This document shows, piece after piece, positions 29,979-43,221 of a stretch of DNA of 64,000 nt. The translations under genes were made by a program, and so were the position numbers. How positions within the stretch are numbered: position 1 is the stretch's first letter; each line of letters begins with the position of its first letter. A model generated the notes under the pieces. The model did not search any database, was not told the DNA's origin, and saw only the letters and a list, made by a program, of their open reading frames with translations. Origin of the DNA: Zygnema circumcarinatum SAG 698-1b (taxonomy: Eukaryota; Plantae; Zygnematophyceae); assembly GCA_037447605.1 (NCBI GenBank), contig CM074809.1, positions 3,958,689-4,022,688 of the forward strand. Direction: 5' to 3'.

Positions 29979-32900
29979 GAGAGAGACAGAGACAGAGAGA
30001 GAGAGAGAGAAAAGAAGAGAAAGAAAAAAAGAAAGGGGAAAGAGAGAGGTGCACGATTTGCAGTTGGGGAAAACCATCTTATGGCTTCTGTGTTAATGAT
30101 TTTTCCATTGGCACAGTTCTGCCTGCATTTGCCGGCCATGTTCCGGATGCTCTTATTGCCAAGTTTCCGTCAGCGAACATCACAAAAACGGAGAACTGGT
30201 ACCATAGATTTGCCTCTCCTTCCCTCTCTCTCTCGTCTCTCTCTCGCTCTCTCCCTCCGCTCCCTCCCTCTCTCTTCCTTTCTCCGCTTTCTCTCTCCCT
30301 CTTTCTCTTTCTCTCTCGCTCACACTCCCTCCCTCTCCCTTCCTCCCCCCCTCCCTCTCTCCCTCCCTCCCTCCCTCTCTCTCTCTCGCCCCCTCTCTAA
30401 CTCCCTTCCCTCTCTCCCTCATTATTCTTCTCTCATTTTTTCTCCTTCATATGTTTGCATTGGGTCGGTACCGATTTCCTTCTGAAGAAACGAGTTTTTT
30501 TGGATTTTGAACCTTCAGTTTTACTGGAACCAGTTTCCGTTATCTTTGTTTCACACGTGTGAAGGAATACGGTGAACGGAGATCAACGGTGGTGCTGTAC
30601 GGCGCTCCTTGATCCAACGGATCCGTTATTCCGTAAAATTGGGGAATCTTTTCTGCTCGAACAAATCAAAGGTACTTAGAGGTAAAGGGTATTTTAAGAA
30701 CCCTAGAAACCTAAACATTCAAAGAAACGAACAATAAGCTTCGCAAACCCGAAAAATCTTTGAAGTTGTCCAAACCCTAACGCGTTCGAATTCCTAAAAA
30801 CTTGAAAACTATTTTCCTCTATCCTGAAGCTTTTTTTCTTTATGTGAGGGGCAGCTTGGCTTGGATTGCTTTCACATGCAAGATAATACCCTTGTTATTT
30901 GTTTTTGGGTCCGTTGCAGAATACGGAACAAATCACATATACAACTGGTGAGCTGACTTCTCTTCGCACTTGTCAAATGGGCCGAATTCACTTGAAACTT
31001 ACGAGATTTTCATCCCTTTTTTCATCTCTTAATGTGAAGAAAAGAGTAATTATTCTTCCAGAAATGCTCTCAAATCAGTCAAAAAGACAGACAAACTCAA
31101 GTCATTGAAGCCTTTGAAAAAACCGTTTCGGACCTCAGAAAAAAAAAAAAAAAAATCCAACAACAGCTTACGAACCCTAAATTGAATATTCTGTTCTCAT
31201 TTGGAAAAAGGCCCTTTTTTTTTTTGTCGTCTCCAGCGACTCCTTCAACGAAAATCTCCCTCCCACAAGCGAGCCCTCCTTCATTTCTGAGCTCGGAGGG
31301 GCAGTTTTTAGGGCCATGCTGGCAGCTGACAGGGATGCCATCTGGCTCATGCAGGTAGGACATGCTCTTTCCTTTACCTTCTTTTTTGGAGAGAGAGAGA
31401 GTGAGAGTGGGAGAGAGGGAGAGGGAGAGAGAGCGAGATGGAGAGAGAGGGAGCGAGGGAGAGAGAGGGAAAGAGGGAGAGAAGGGGAGGGGGAACGACG
31501 GAGAGAGAGAGGGAAAGACGGAGGGAGAGGGAAGGAGAGAGGGAAAGAGAGAGGGGGGGGCGAAGAGAGGAGCGAGAAAGGGGGGGGGAAGGCTTTGTGG
31601 GAATGTAGAGGAAAAGTGGTCACAGTAAGAATTTTAACCGTAGTAAGGGTATTACTTCTGCAGGGATGGCTTTTCCAATCGGAGGCTTTCTTTTGGAAGG
31701 AGCCTCAAATGAAGGTGGGCTCTATTTTAGAGATGAGCATTAAGCAGGAATAAGAGTTTTTTTCTTCTCCTTACATATGAGACTGCTGATAGGGGGGGAA
31801 TATTAAGGAACTTCTGAAGACTGCAAAGGTGGCAGATGGGCGTATGTGTACACGTGTATGCTGTATTCCGTTCCGTTTTACCGTTCGTCGCACATGACCA
31901 TGGATTTACATGCAGGCCCTCCTTCACTCCGTTCCGTTGGGCCGCATGTTAGTATTGGATCTCTTTGCGGAAGTGAAGCCTGTTTGGAATCGTACCAATC
32001 ATTTCTATGGAGTTCCGTACATTTGGTGGGTGACATTTCTCTCTCCCTCTTTCTCTCTGTCTCTCTCTCTCATCCCTCTCCTACCCTCCCTCTCCCTCTT
32101 CTCCCTCCTCTCCCTCCCACATCCCTCTCCTGCTCTCCCTCTCCCTCTCCCATCCCTCTCATCTGCCCCGTCCCCTCTCTCTGCGGGCCTGCAGGTGCAT
32201 GTTGCACAACTTTGGAGGAAACCATGAAATGTACGGTACTTTGGAAAGCATCGCTTCTGGTCCTGTGGCTGCTCGGACTAGTACCGATTCTACCATGGTG
32301 AGTTTTGAAAGGTTTTAGGATTTGTACGACTGCTAAGGATTCACAATTTTCGACTTATTTCTGAAACGTAAAGCCCTAACTTCCTTAATTTTTTTGAAGT
32401 TCGAAGAAAGTTATACAGCTTAGAGTTAGTTAGTACTTCTTCTTCCTTCATGTTATGGCATCTACCGTCGGCCTTGAAACTGTGAATGTCAGGATTCTGT
32501 TGCATGTGTGCATTCAGTTCCAGTTTCAGTTTCAGTTCCGTGTTCAGGTTCGATTCTAAGTTCTGTGTACTGTATTCCAAGTTTTGTTTCTTGTGTATCC
32601 ATGCTGCTGACGTGGCAGGTTGGCATAGGGATGGCAATGGAGGGCATTGAGCACAACCCCATCGTCTATGACCTCATGCCGGAGATGGCGTTCCATGCGG
32701 AGCCGTTATCCGTTCAGGTACAAAATTATTTCTTCTACTGCTTTTTGACTGTTCTATACATAGAGAAGCTTAGATCTTGTAGAGTCAGATCCAAAAATTC
32801 GACCAATATTTATTTATTCATTTATTCATTTATGTATTTTTTTAGGTTCAGCAGCTTGAAATCCAGCTATTGGGTTGAAAATCCTTCACAAGTGCGAGCC

Positions 32901-33227
32901 CGAATTCTGGAGTGTCTGTTGTTTACTATCCTGCATACATTCTGTACTGTGCACTTATTGGACACGTGGCATTTTGTGATTGGATGCAAAACATTGCAGG
33001 AATGGGTTGATGACTATGTGAAACGCCGTTACGGCGGCGAAAACTACGCAGCTAAAGAAGCATGGAAAATCCTTGTTGCCACTTTATACAACTGTACGGA
33101 TGGTATTGCAGTGAGTAACAGACATCTTCTTTCTTAAAAAATTGATAGCTTCAAACCTAACCCTAATTCCAACTCTGATCAGAAGCTTCACCTTATCTCT
33201 ACACAACGAAATTCTAAGGCCTGTGGT

Positions 33228-33258
<31 letters not shown>

Positions 33259-35109
33259 CCCCTCTCTCCCCTTCTCCCACTCTCTCTCCCTCTCAGAGAT
33301 AAGTTTTGAAACAATATTAACAGATATAATGTCTTTATGAGAGTTCGTTTTTTATGGAACCATCTGCTTCAGGATCACAACGGTGATGTTATCGTTGATC
33401 CGAAGGATGTGCCCATACCGACATCACTGTATTGGCACAACAGAAAAACTCATCGGAGGGCCTTGCATGGAACCCGTACGGATTACGAAACCAGAAAATC
33501 TGGATGGGAAAATGAAGAGAAGGGGACCGCATATGAAAGATTATTGGAGGGAGAAGGGCCAATGGTTGGTCGAGCAGTTCACCAATGGTACGACGAGGAG
33601 AAGGTGTTCCATGCAGCGGAGCTCCTTCTGTCCGCTTCAACGGACTACGGTGACATGGAAACCTACAGGCAAGTCAGCATGTGGGAAGAAAGGGCTGTGA
33701 GATTTTCTGAAAGCTAAAAGCTCCAAAAGTCACAAGGGATACACCACCCCTCCCTGTCCTCTCTACTTCTCTCTCGCCTCCTCTCTCTTCTCTCTCTCTC
33801 TCTCCCTCTCTCACCTCGTCCCTCTTCTCTCTTCTCTCTCTCCCTCACTCTGCCCGCCACTTCTCTCCTCTCTCCTCCTCTCCTTTCCATATGCCACGAT
33901 TAACATAGAACAGGTGGAATCCCATAACCCTTAATTCCCCAAACTGTCCAATTCCCTTCAAGCAGGACACCCGCCCTCTGACTGACCGGCCATTCACGTA
34001 CCTTGCGTGCGTCTGTTTGACTGAAAACTGTTTCTATGTGCTCCGTTTCTGTGAGGGAGCAGATACGATCTTGTAGACGTCACTCGCCAGGTCATTTCCA
34101 AGGCGACAAACAGACTGTACGGCGAAATGATTGATGCATTTTTAAAGGGCGATTCGGAGGATGTGGCGAAATTAGGTCAAAGCATAGTGGGAGCCATGGC
34201 TGACTTAGACAGGCTTTTGGCTACCCATGAAGGCTTCCTCCTCGGGCCATGGCTGGAAGGGGCCAAGTCCTTTGCAAAGACTGAGGAAGAAGCAGCCCTT
34301 GTACGTGAAAACCCTTAAAACTTGAAAACTGTGAAAAGCTTGGACTTCATGCTTGAGCAAAGTTGATGCATTTGTTCTGCTATGGAGGCTCGGCAGTTGC
34401 ATTTTAAGGTAAGGTATGGTCAAAGTTTTTGCGGCTATATGTGTTGTGTGTGAGGTCGTTGCATCTTACAGTGCCACTTTTTCTCTCTTACTATGTTGCA
34501 GTATGAGTGGAATGCTCGCACTCAGATCACTATGTGGTATGACACAACTCCCACGCAGCCGAGCTCACTTCATGACTACGGTAAGCCCCTCATTTGAACC
34601 TGCAATCTGCTGCATGTATGGAGTTTTAGGGTTTTGGAGGGTTTTCAAGGTTCTTTTGAACACGACATTCTTCAAGGTTTTCAGTGATTCGGCACTGAAA
34701 TCAAGAGGAAGTCTCTCCCTTGAATCCTTCAGGCAGCTTCATTTTAGGGTGTTTTTTTTAGGGTTTTTTTTTAGGGTTCGTGACCGGAAGGAGGTGTGAG
34801 CCTGCAGCTAATAAGATGTGGAGCGGCCTCCTCAAAAATTATTACCTTCCGCGCATGGCCCTCTTTGTGTCCCTCCTCCGTAACGCTGCCCGCGCAAAGA
34901 AACCGTTCCCTGTTACGGAATGGCAACGGAACTGGGTCGCGTTCAGCCGCCGTTGGCAGGCAGGGCGTGAGCTTCATAGTACGGCGGCAGAAGGCGATTC
35001 CATGCGCCTTGTGACCGTTCTACTGAAAAAGTATTTACCGTTAGCAGGGAACGGCAGCAGTGGCCTGGCCAAGAGTCCCAACATGGGACTCCAAGTTTCA
35101 TGGTCATAG
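27604..35109 (+). CDS. NAGLU: Alpha-N-acetylglucosaminidase (GH89), 20 exons, N-terminal signal/anchor
   Basis: Exons 27604-27897, 28080-28180, 28366-28410, 28594-28760, 29167-29288, 29542-29633, 29786-29880, 30117-30198, 30565-30671, 30920-30947, 31237-31354, 31664-31714, 31916-32025, 32195-32297, 32619-32717, 33000-33110, 33373-33668 (GC donor), 34063-34300, 34502-34580, 34808-35109; all phases close. Motifs [44 protein letters not shown] and [11 protein letters not shown] (the two catalytic Glu), [32 protein letters not shown]. Confidence 0.96.
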
Positions 35110-35277
35110 TTCCATGTTTCATGGCTTCACAAGTTTTCCTAGTGGTTCCATATAATCCCGAGAACCATGTACGAACCAGGTGAAAGTCCTTTGCGACCAT
35201 TTCCTCGTGGTTCCCTATGCTGCTTTGTCCATGTACATTTGATGGCCTCGCCATCGTAAGATCAAGCCCTTTTCCCC
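35099..35277 (-). mobile_element. Fold-back/MITE-like element (copy E) overlapping the NAGLU stop codon and 3' UTR
   Basis: 35186-35277 is a full arm in reverse orientation; 35099-35149 matches the internal segment 27021-27069 of copy D. Confidence 0.72.
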
Positions 35278-35590
35278 ATCTGTATGAACTAAATTACATG
35301 ATCAGTCCTTTTAGAGATTTCATAACATAGGGTTTTTCAGACCCGTATAAATTGAGGAAAAACGGTTAGAATAGTGTGAAGAATTGAGGCGTGAGACATT
35401 ATTGTACATTGCCCTACTCATGGATGACAAAAAAAATTGTTAATAAAACTAAAAGCCCCCTAGAACATTGTACTCTCATGTTGGTGCATGTTTTCACGCC
35501 TAACAAGTTCTCGCGTATGAACAAGTTGTCGTATCCGTCATCCCTTCAAAAAAAAAAAAAAAAAAAACCCCCCGGGAAATCTAACGTCCA

Positions 35591-35727
35591 ACGTGGCTGA
35601 CTTTGTAACACGTGGCGAAGTATGAATGGTCCACGTGGTCAAATATTCATTTCCGTACAATGCTGGTCGGTCGGATTTGCGCGCCCCCCTGCGCCTTGCC
35701 ACGTCGGATCGTGAACGTACACGTGGC
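35591..35727 (+). promoter_or_regulatory. Cluster of G-box/ABRE-like motifs upstream of the DCD gene
   Basis: ACGTGGC at 35591, 35610 and 35721 and CCACGTGG at 35631, 180-320 bp upstream of the ATG at 35910. Confidence 0.5.
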
Positions 35728-35909
35728 ACACTTTCATTGGGTTACAGCGTATCCATATTACGGTACCCGACCGTTGTAATTTTTCTTCTTGTACGGACGG
35801 TGAGCCGGCATTGTTTGGACTCTAGGGCCTCCGCCGAAGGAGAAAGGGGAAAGCAGACGTCCCGTCTTCTTCGCTGCAGGGGAGAGAGAGGGAGGGAGGG
35901 AGGGAGAGC

Positions 35910-38761
35910 ATGGCGGAGGGTACTGCTTCCAATGGGTATAAATGGGAGGAGGAATACCCCGAGCCCTTAGAATATGGCGTGATAGGGCAGGAACGGGCTC
36001 CAATTTCACGTGCAAATCCCGACTTTTTCTATGTTCGGAACTGGCAGGAAGAGGCAGCCGAGCCTCCTCTCTGTGATCTTATGCTGGGTCCAAGGACAGA
36101 ATCTGCGAGCAGTAATTTTAAGAATTGTTTTCTTCAGAATTCGGAAAAGGACAACGAGGCAGACGGGCAGCAGACATATGAAGGTGGCGATGCTGATGAT
36201 GTTATTAAGAACCTGGAAGATTTACTACTTCATGGCGGCCATGGGGGAACTCATAAATGGGAGGGAAAAACCCGGGAAGGTTCGGTGGGGAGGTCAGAAA
36301 AACTGGCGAATGAAATCACGACAGCTGGCAGAAAGTTGGCCACTGAGGACCCCAAGATGCAGGGACAGCTGGCACCTCCTGATTCCTTGCATGTCGACTC
36401 GCAAGAAAAGGATTTTATGGTTCAGAAGTGCTCATTCGAACTAGTTCCTCCGCCAATTGCTCCTGATGAAGAGTCCAATTGCGGGGGTTCAGAGCAGAAA
36501 TTTTCTGCTCCCAACTCTCCTGCACCTCAGAGCAATGACGATTCACTTGCAGTCGCCATAGAGCAAGCCGTGCAGGAGAAAGAAGCGAAAATTTCTTCTC
36601 AAAAATTTCCCCCTTCCCGCCCAAAGTCAAAGCCACGGACAGGGGGGACTCGTCGAGTGGGGCGGAATTTAAGTGGAGGAAGCAACAATACCTTCACATC
36701 AGATCAGGTTTCAATGGCGGCAGCCTGGGAAGCAAATAAATTGGGTAAGATTCAGTCATTCAGAGACAAGGAAATTCGCCACCTTTGTGGTTTTTAAAGC
36801 GAGAAATTGATCAGAATTGGACGTGTTTATGCCGTGCAGATTTTCTTAATTGGTTCAGTAGTTGTTTTGTTGCCAAGTTGTAGGCTAGTTAGAGTTGTAG
36901 GGTTTTCAGAGCTGAAGAGATAATGGATAAGTTTGCAGTTCATGTTCCTTTGGAAGAGTTCTTGCAATTTGAGAGTCTTCTCCTACAGCCCTTTAATGAC
37001 CTTTCTTCCGGTGTTGCTTGTTGAAGGCTTTGAGATCGACCATATGAAAATGGTAATTGGAGATATGGACCGAGAGCTTCAAGCGCGCTTTGCTCTGCTG
37101 GAATCGCTCCGGGTAAGCAAGGACTATAAATTTGCTGATATTCCAACCAGACCCAATTGACCCCATTCTTAGAAACCTTTTATCGCTGCTTTTTCTTTAG
37201 ACTTTTGTGGTGGAGAGGAGGAGAGGGAGAGGGAGGTGGGCTCTTCCCTGTCTCCGTACACTCGGAACTTCTCTTTCCCGTATTTGTGGTGTAATCGTTC
37301 TTCCTTTGAGAGACCTTTCCCTTTCCCTTTCCTCCCTTTGGTGCAGTCTCCCCCTTTCTTTGGCGGCCCGCCAAGAGGGTGGCCTGCGCCGTACAGCTTC
37401 TTTGACCCGCTGCTGCTCCAAATGAATTCCGCGAATGGCCCAATCGGCATCCACCCGGTCAGTAATTTTCTTCTATATTTTAGGAGATAGCAGAATGACG
37501 ATGGAGGTGTTGCTTGGCGATGTTTGGTTTGATGTTTGAATTTTTTTTTTTTTTTTTTTTTTTTGGCTTCACCTTGAGAACGCTTATCGTCTTCCCTTTG
37601 ACCTTGCCCTCCCTTCCCCCCTTTTTTTGCTTTTTTTTTTTTTCAGATGTGTGGCCCAGCTTGCGGAATTTTCGGGCAGCCTCAACCTTACCCAGCCACT
37701 GTGCCCATGCCACTGCCCCCTTTCTATCCAGGTAGAAAAAAAAAACTAGCTAGCAAACTAACTAAACCAGCTGCTGACTGACTTTTCTCTTTTCGTTATA
37801 TTTCCGCATAGTAACCCATTTCATTTCAAAGAAATAAAACTATTACTAAACTGTTTGCGCTCTAACTCGTTTTCAAGTGTAAAGGAAAGTTCTTTTTCTA
37901 ATGAAATTCTTGTTTTAAAGCATGCTCTGATGTGCAGGTAGTGCTCAGGGCTGTGGGTCCATTCAAAGTAAGGGAGGGTTTCTAGACGGTTACATCTTCC
38001 TATGTAGCAATGGGAACATTATGGAGTTTTTAACCAATCAAGTCTTTGGAGCACCTTCGAGTCATTTTCTCGAAGTGGAAAGGATCAGTCTGAAAACCAG
38101 CCTCTTCCTATTAAATTTTGAAGCACGAGAAATTTTTGGACCCTTCAAAGCAGAGTCATCCGGAAGGTTGGATCATGACTCGCAAGTGCTGAAATTTTTT
38201 CCAGCTCAGGTTTGTGAAAAAATTCCCTTTTTTTTGGGGGGGGTTGAGGTTGGGGTTTTGTTTTGCTTCCTTCTTCTTCTTCTTCTTCTTTCCTTCTTAT
38301 TTTTTTTCTTCATTTTCCTACCTGTGTTGGTATTCTATGGGCTGGGGGGGGCTGACATTGTAAGAGGGGGTGTCATTGCAGGTAAGGGCAAAGCGAGTTG
38401 GAGATTTGAAATATTTATCAGAGCCTGTTTTCAAGCCGGCGATTTCAGATAACTATTACAAAGAAGACCCAGTGAAGATATTGAGCCGAATGCTGACTGC
38501 TACGCAGGTGTGAACACTTTCACATGTTGCAATATATATATTTTTTTTCATTATTTCCAAACATTAAGTAGCTGCTGTTCTCAAAACGAGTAACCGAAAT
38601 CGTCGCTGATCTGTGTGATTTGGCAGGTGAAGAAACTCCAATATCTTTTCAAGAGTAAAGGAGAAACAGTTGATGTGGAGGAATTGGGGAGAAGGATGGA
38701 ATCAAGCACAAGTGAAGAGGGGAGCGAAACGAAGGAAGCCATGGCTGCACATGCAGCGTAA
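35910..38761 (+). CDS. DCD (development and cell death) domain protein with an acidic/disordered N-terminus, Pro-rich linker and C-terminal DCD
   Basis: Exons 35910-36744, 37027-37112, 37347-37457, 37647-37731, 37938-38209, 38382-38507, 38627-38761; phases close. DCD signature: LDGYIFLCSNG...VFGAP...LFLLNFEAREIFGPFKAESSG...FPAQ|VR...LSEPVFKPAISDNY...Q|VKKLQYLF. Confidence 0.85.
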
Positions 38762-39534
38762 AGGGGGTGCAATTTGAAAACTTTTTATGGGAATGTTTTT
38801 TGTGAATGAAATGTGGTAACATGTGACCACATTTTTAGGATTTCGTGCCGTCCGTTTCCGAAGGGGGGGGTCAGACGAGCCCCAAAGTCTGCATGGGCCT
38901 TTTGCTGCCGGCGGCTTTTGTCGGCCAAAAGGCGGTTGGAGGCTCAGAAAAACGACCGTTTTGGGGGGAGGGAAGGGCTCGATTGGTCGGTCGGGGGGTT
39001 CCTATTTAAACTTTGTAGAGTTTAGCTTCGCTCTTCCATTGGTTCAATCCATATAAGCAAATGGAGAACAGAGCCCGAGGTAGTGTGGGTGGGAGTGGGA
39101 GTGAAAGTTTATGGAGAAGCGAAGCTCGAAAGCTCTGAAGCTGAGTGTATAGAATTGGACATGTTGGTCCGTGCAAGACACGGTTGTACTTTATGGTCAC
39201 TGTTCAATGGTACATTATTCGGAATGGCACTGCATGGAATTGTGCATGATTCGTTTGGGGTCGATCACAGTTCGTACCTCGTAGCGGATGTTTCCATGTG
39301 TGTGAGATTCAAGTGCTGTTCTCTGCAGTGGTTAAGCAATGACGTTACCACCAAGCAGGACGAGGGCAGCAGCCTCTCCTGCACTTCAACAAAGGCGAAA
39401 CAATTGCCAAAAACCAATGTCTAAGTCCTAACTCGGGCCATCGTTCCCATGAAAGTGTTACCTTTTTTTTTTTTATCTTGCTTCGTCCCTTAGATGGCCT
39501 ATGGGCTATGTCCTCGCCAAGACCCATAGGCAAT

Positions 39535-39556
39535 CGCCATCGTGAGTTCAATGCCA
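39535..39556 (-). mobile_element. Short terminal fragment of the fold-back family (copy F)
   Basis: CGCCATCGTGAGTTCAATGCCA vs CGCCATCGTGAGGTCAATGCCA at 27105-27126. Confidence 0.5.
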
Positions 39557-40231
39557 TGTTATTCGCATCACATAAAGGGAAGTCGCGAGCTGCAGGGTGC
39601 CCCGCACTGCCAACAAGTACAACATGGCACGGAACCAAACCACGCTTTCCAAAGTGGCCGCTGCATGTCTGCATGGCAGTTACGTGAAAATCTGAAAACC
39701 CCCGTTGAACAGAACCTGCTTAGAATTGACACCGTCCTGCTGGATGTAACTGGAACGGTAACTTTACTTTTTATTGAATGTAACTGTAACTTTAACTGTT
39801 GCAAGTGCAAATAATCACACAGTAGTCCACGTGGTTGGCTTTGATTCGTGGATGGTTCGGACGCTGGCGGACTGCCACGTGGCCTACTGCGACTTTCGGC
39901 GTTCCATGCGCCAGTTCCACGGGCACTGCCGCGTTGGCTCCTCCCCGCCGCGGCTGCCCACTCAGCGACCGCCACGCAACCAGGAACTTCCAAACCGCAC
40001 AGTACTAATTTCTGAGTTTATTATACTGAATATTGTTAAAATAGAATACTCCGCAACGCCCCCTCTCCCCTCCGCCGCAAGATTTGGAGCCCCGTCCAAT
40101 TTGTCCACCGTCTGCAGGCCTCTTTCCCCCCCCCCCGCACCCCTCCCTTGCACCGCCTCCTCTCTCGCTCTCTCTTTCCCTCTCCCCCGTCTCTCGGTGC
40201 ATCTCCTCTCCTCTCCCTTGAAGGAGCAGCC

Positions 40232-41970
<1,739 letters not shown>

Positions 41971-43221
41971 AGCAGGCAGCAAGATGTTCCTGGATTTGCT
42001 GCTTATGGAGAAGAGAAAGAAAAGCATCAGCACGCCAATTTAACGGCATCTGTGAAGGTGCCGGAAGACCATTGTGAAAAGTAACTGTGCAGAGGGCAGC
42101 CGGTAGAGGCCGCTTCATTCTAACCATAGCTCAGGTGACAGCTTTCGTTCGTTATCAGTAGTAGAGAGAGGCTCCCCGATGTGCATTGGGAGCTCTTCTG
42201 TCTCTCGCGGTGGTTGTGGTGCTGCTTATGCTGTGATGGTTGGGCGCCCGCCCCTCTTGAGCTCTTCCGTGCTTCCATCATTCATAATTCATTCACCCGG
42301 GCCTTGGAAGGGAGTGAAATGCGTCTGTTCAGTACTGGGTTAGCTTGGATCGATTGTGTGTATTTGTCACATGCAATGGCATAAGACAGTCAACATGTGT
42401 TGGCGGAATAGAGGATTTTGGTAGAAAGGGTGGCACTATTATTATATCTGCATCAGCGAACTAAGGCATACAAAACTCCATGGTGCTTCCCATGCACACG
42501 ATTCCGTTAGGGAAAACCCGTTCTTGCGGCAAATTCAAGACACAGAAACGTTCCTCGCGTCACACGTGCCACGTGTCAGTTTGTGATGGATGCGCTTTCG
42601 AACCGCACGTGTGTCCACGCTGGCAGGGTAGGGCCAGCTCAGCAATCCTTTTTTCGCCCAAATTTGAACAGGAATAGCAACAAATTGTAGTGACCGTTTT
42701 CCAAGGGAACATTCACGACAAAATATTTTCCACTTCTTGCCCGTTACATGTGCACAACGAATTTCTGCCCGAAAAGTTGGACTGCCCTGGCAGAAACAGA
42801 ATTTTATGCTGCCCGACGTGTAAAAAAAGAAGCTGCCCGGTAACTAAACGGTCTGCTAATTTGAGCTAGAAAGTCTGCCAGGGTTCCAAAAAAGTAATTA
42901 TTTACGTGAAATTAGACCCAATCGTTTTCTTGGAGCGCTATCCAGTAGCGGCAGGGCCTGCCTTGCAAGCTGATCCGCCCGCCCACAGCCTGCAGGGAGA
43001 GAGATGCTTCAGGACCCCTCCTTGCTGGCCTGCAGATGCCCACATTGCTGCAGCTTTTAGGGTTAATGAGACGACAGTAGCGCGCCCCTGCTCCTCCGCT
43101 AGCTCATGAACGGTCAGATCAGATACTCTTCGGAGTAGGGAATAGGGATTCGCTGATCAGGGAGACGCTTCGCATCAGCTGCATTAGCCAGCATTCTCTC
43201 AGAATATCGAAAACTTAAGCA

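Noticed and set aside
36700-36797. Remorin-C-like motif AAAWEANKLGKIQSFRDKE at the end of ORF 35910-36797
   Set aside because: A strong donor G|GTAAGA at 36745 removes KIQSFRDKE. The spliced product leads in frame to a DCD domain, and no remorin coiled-coil follows.
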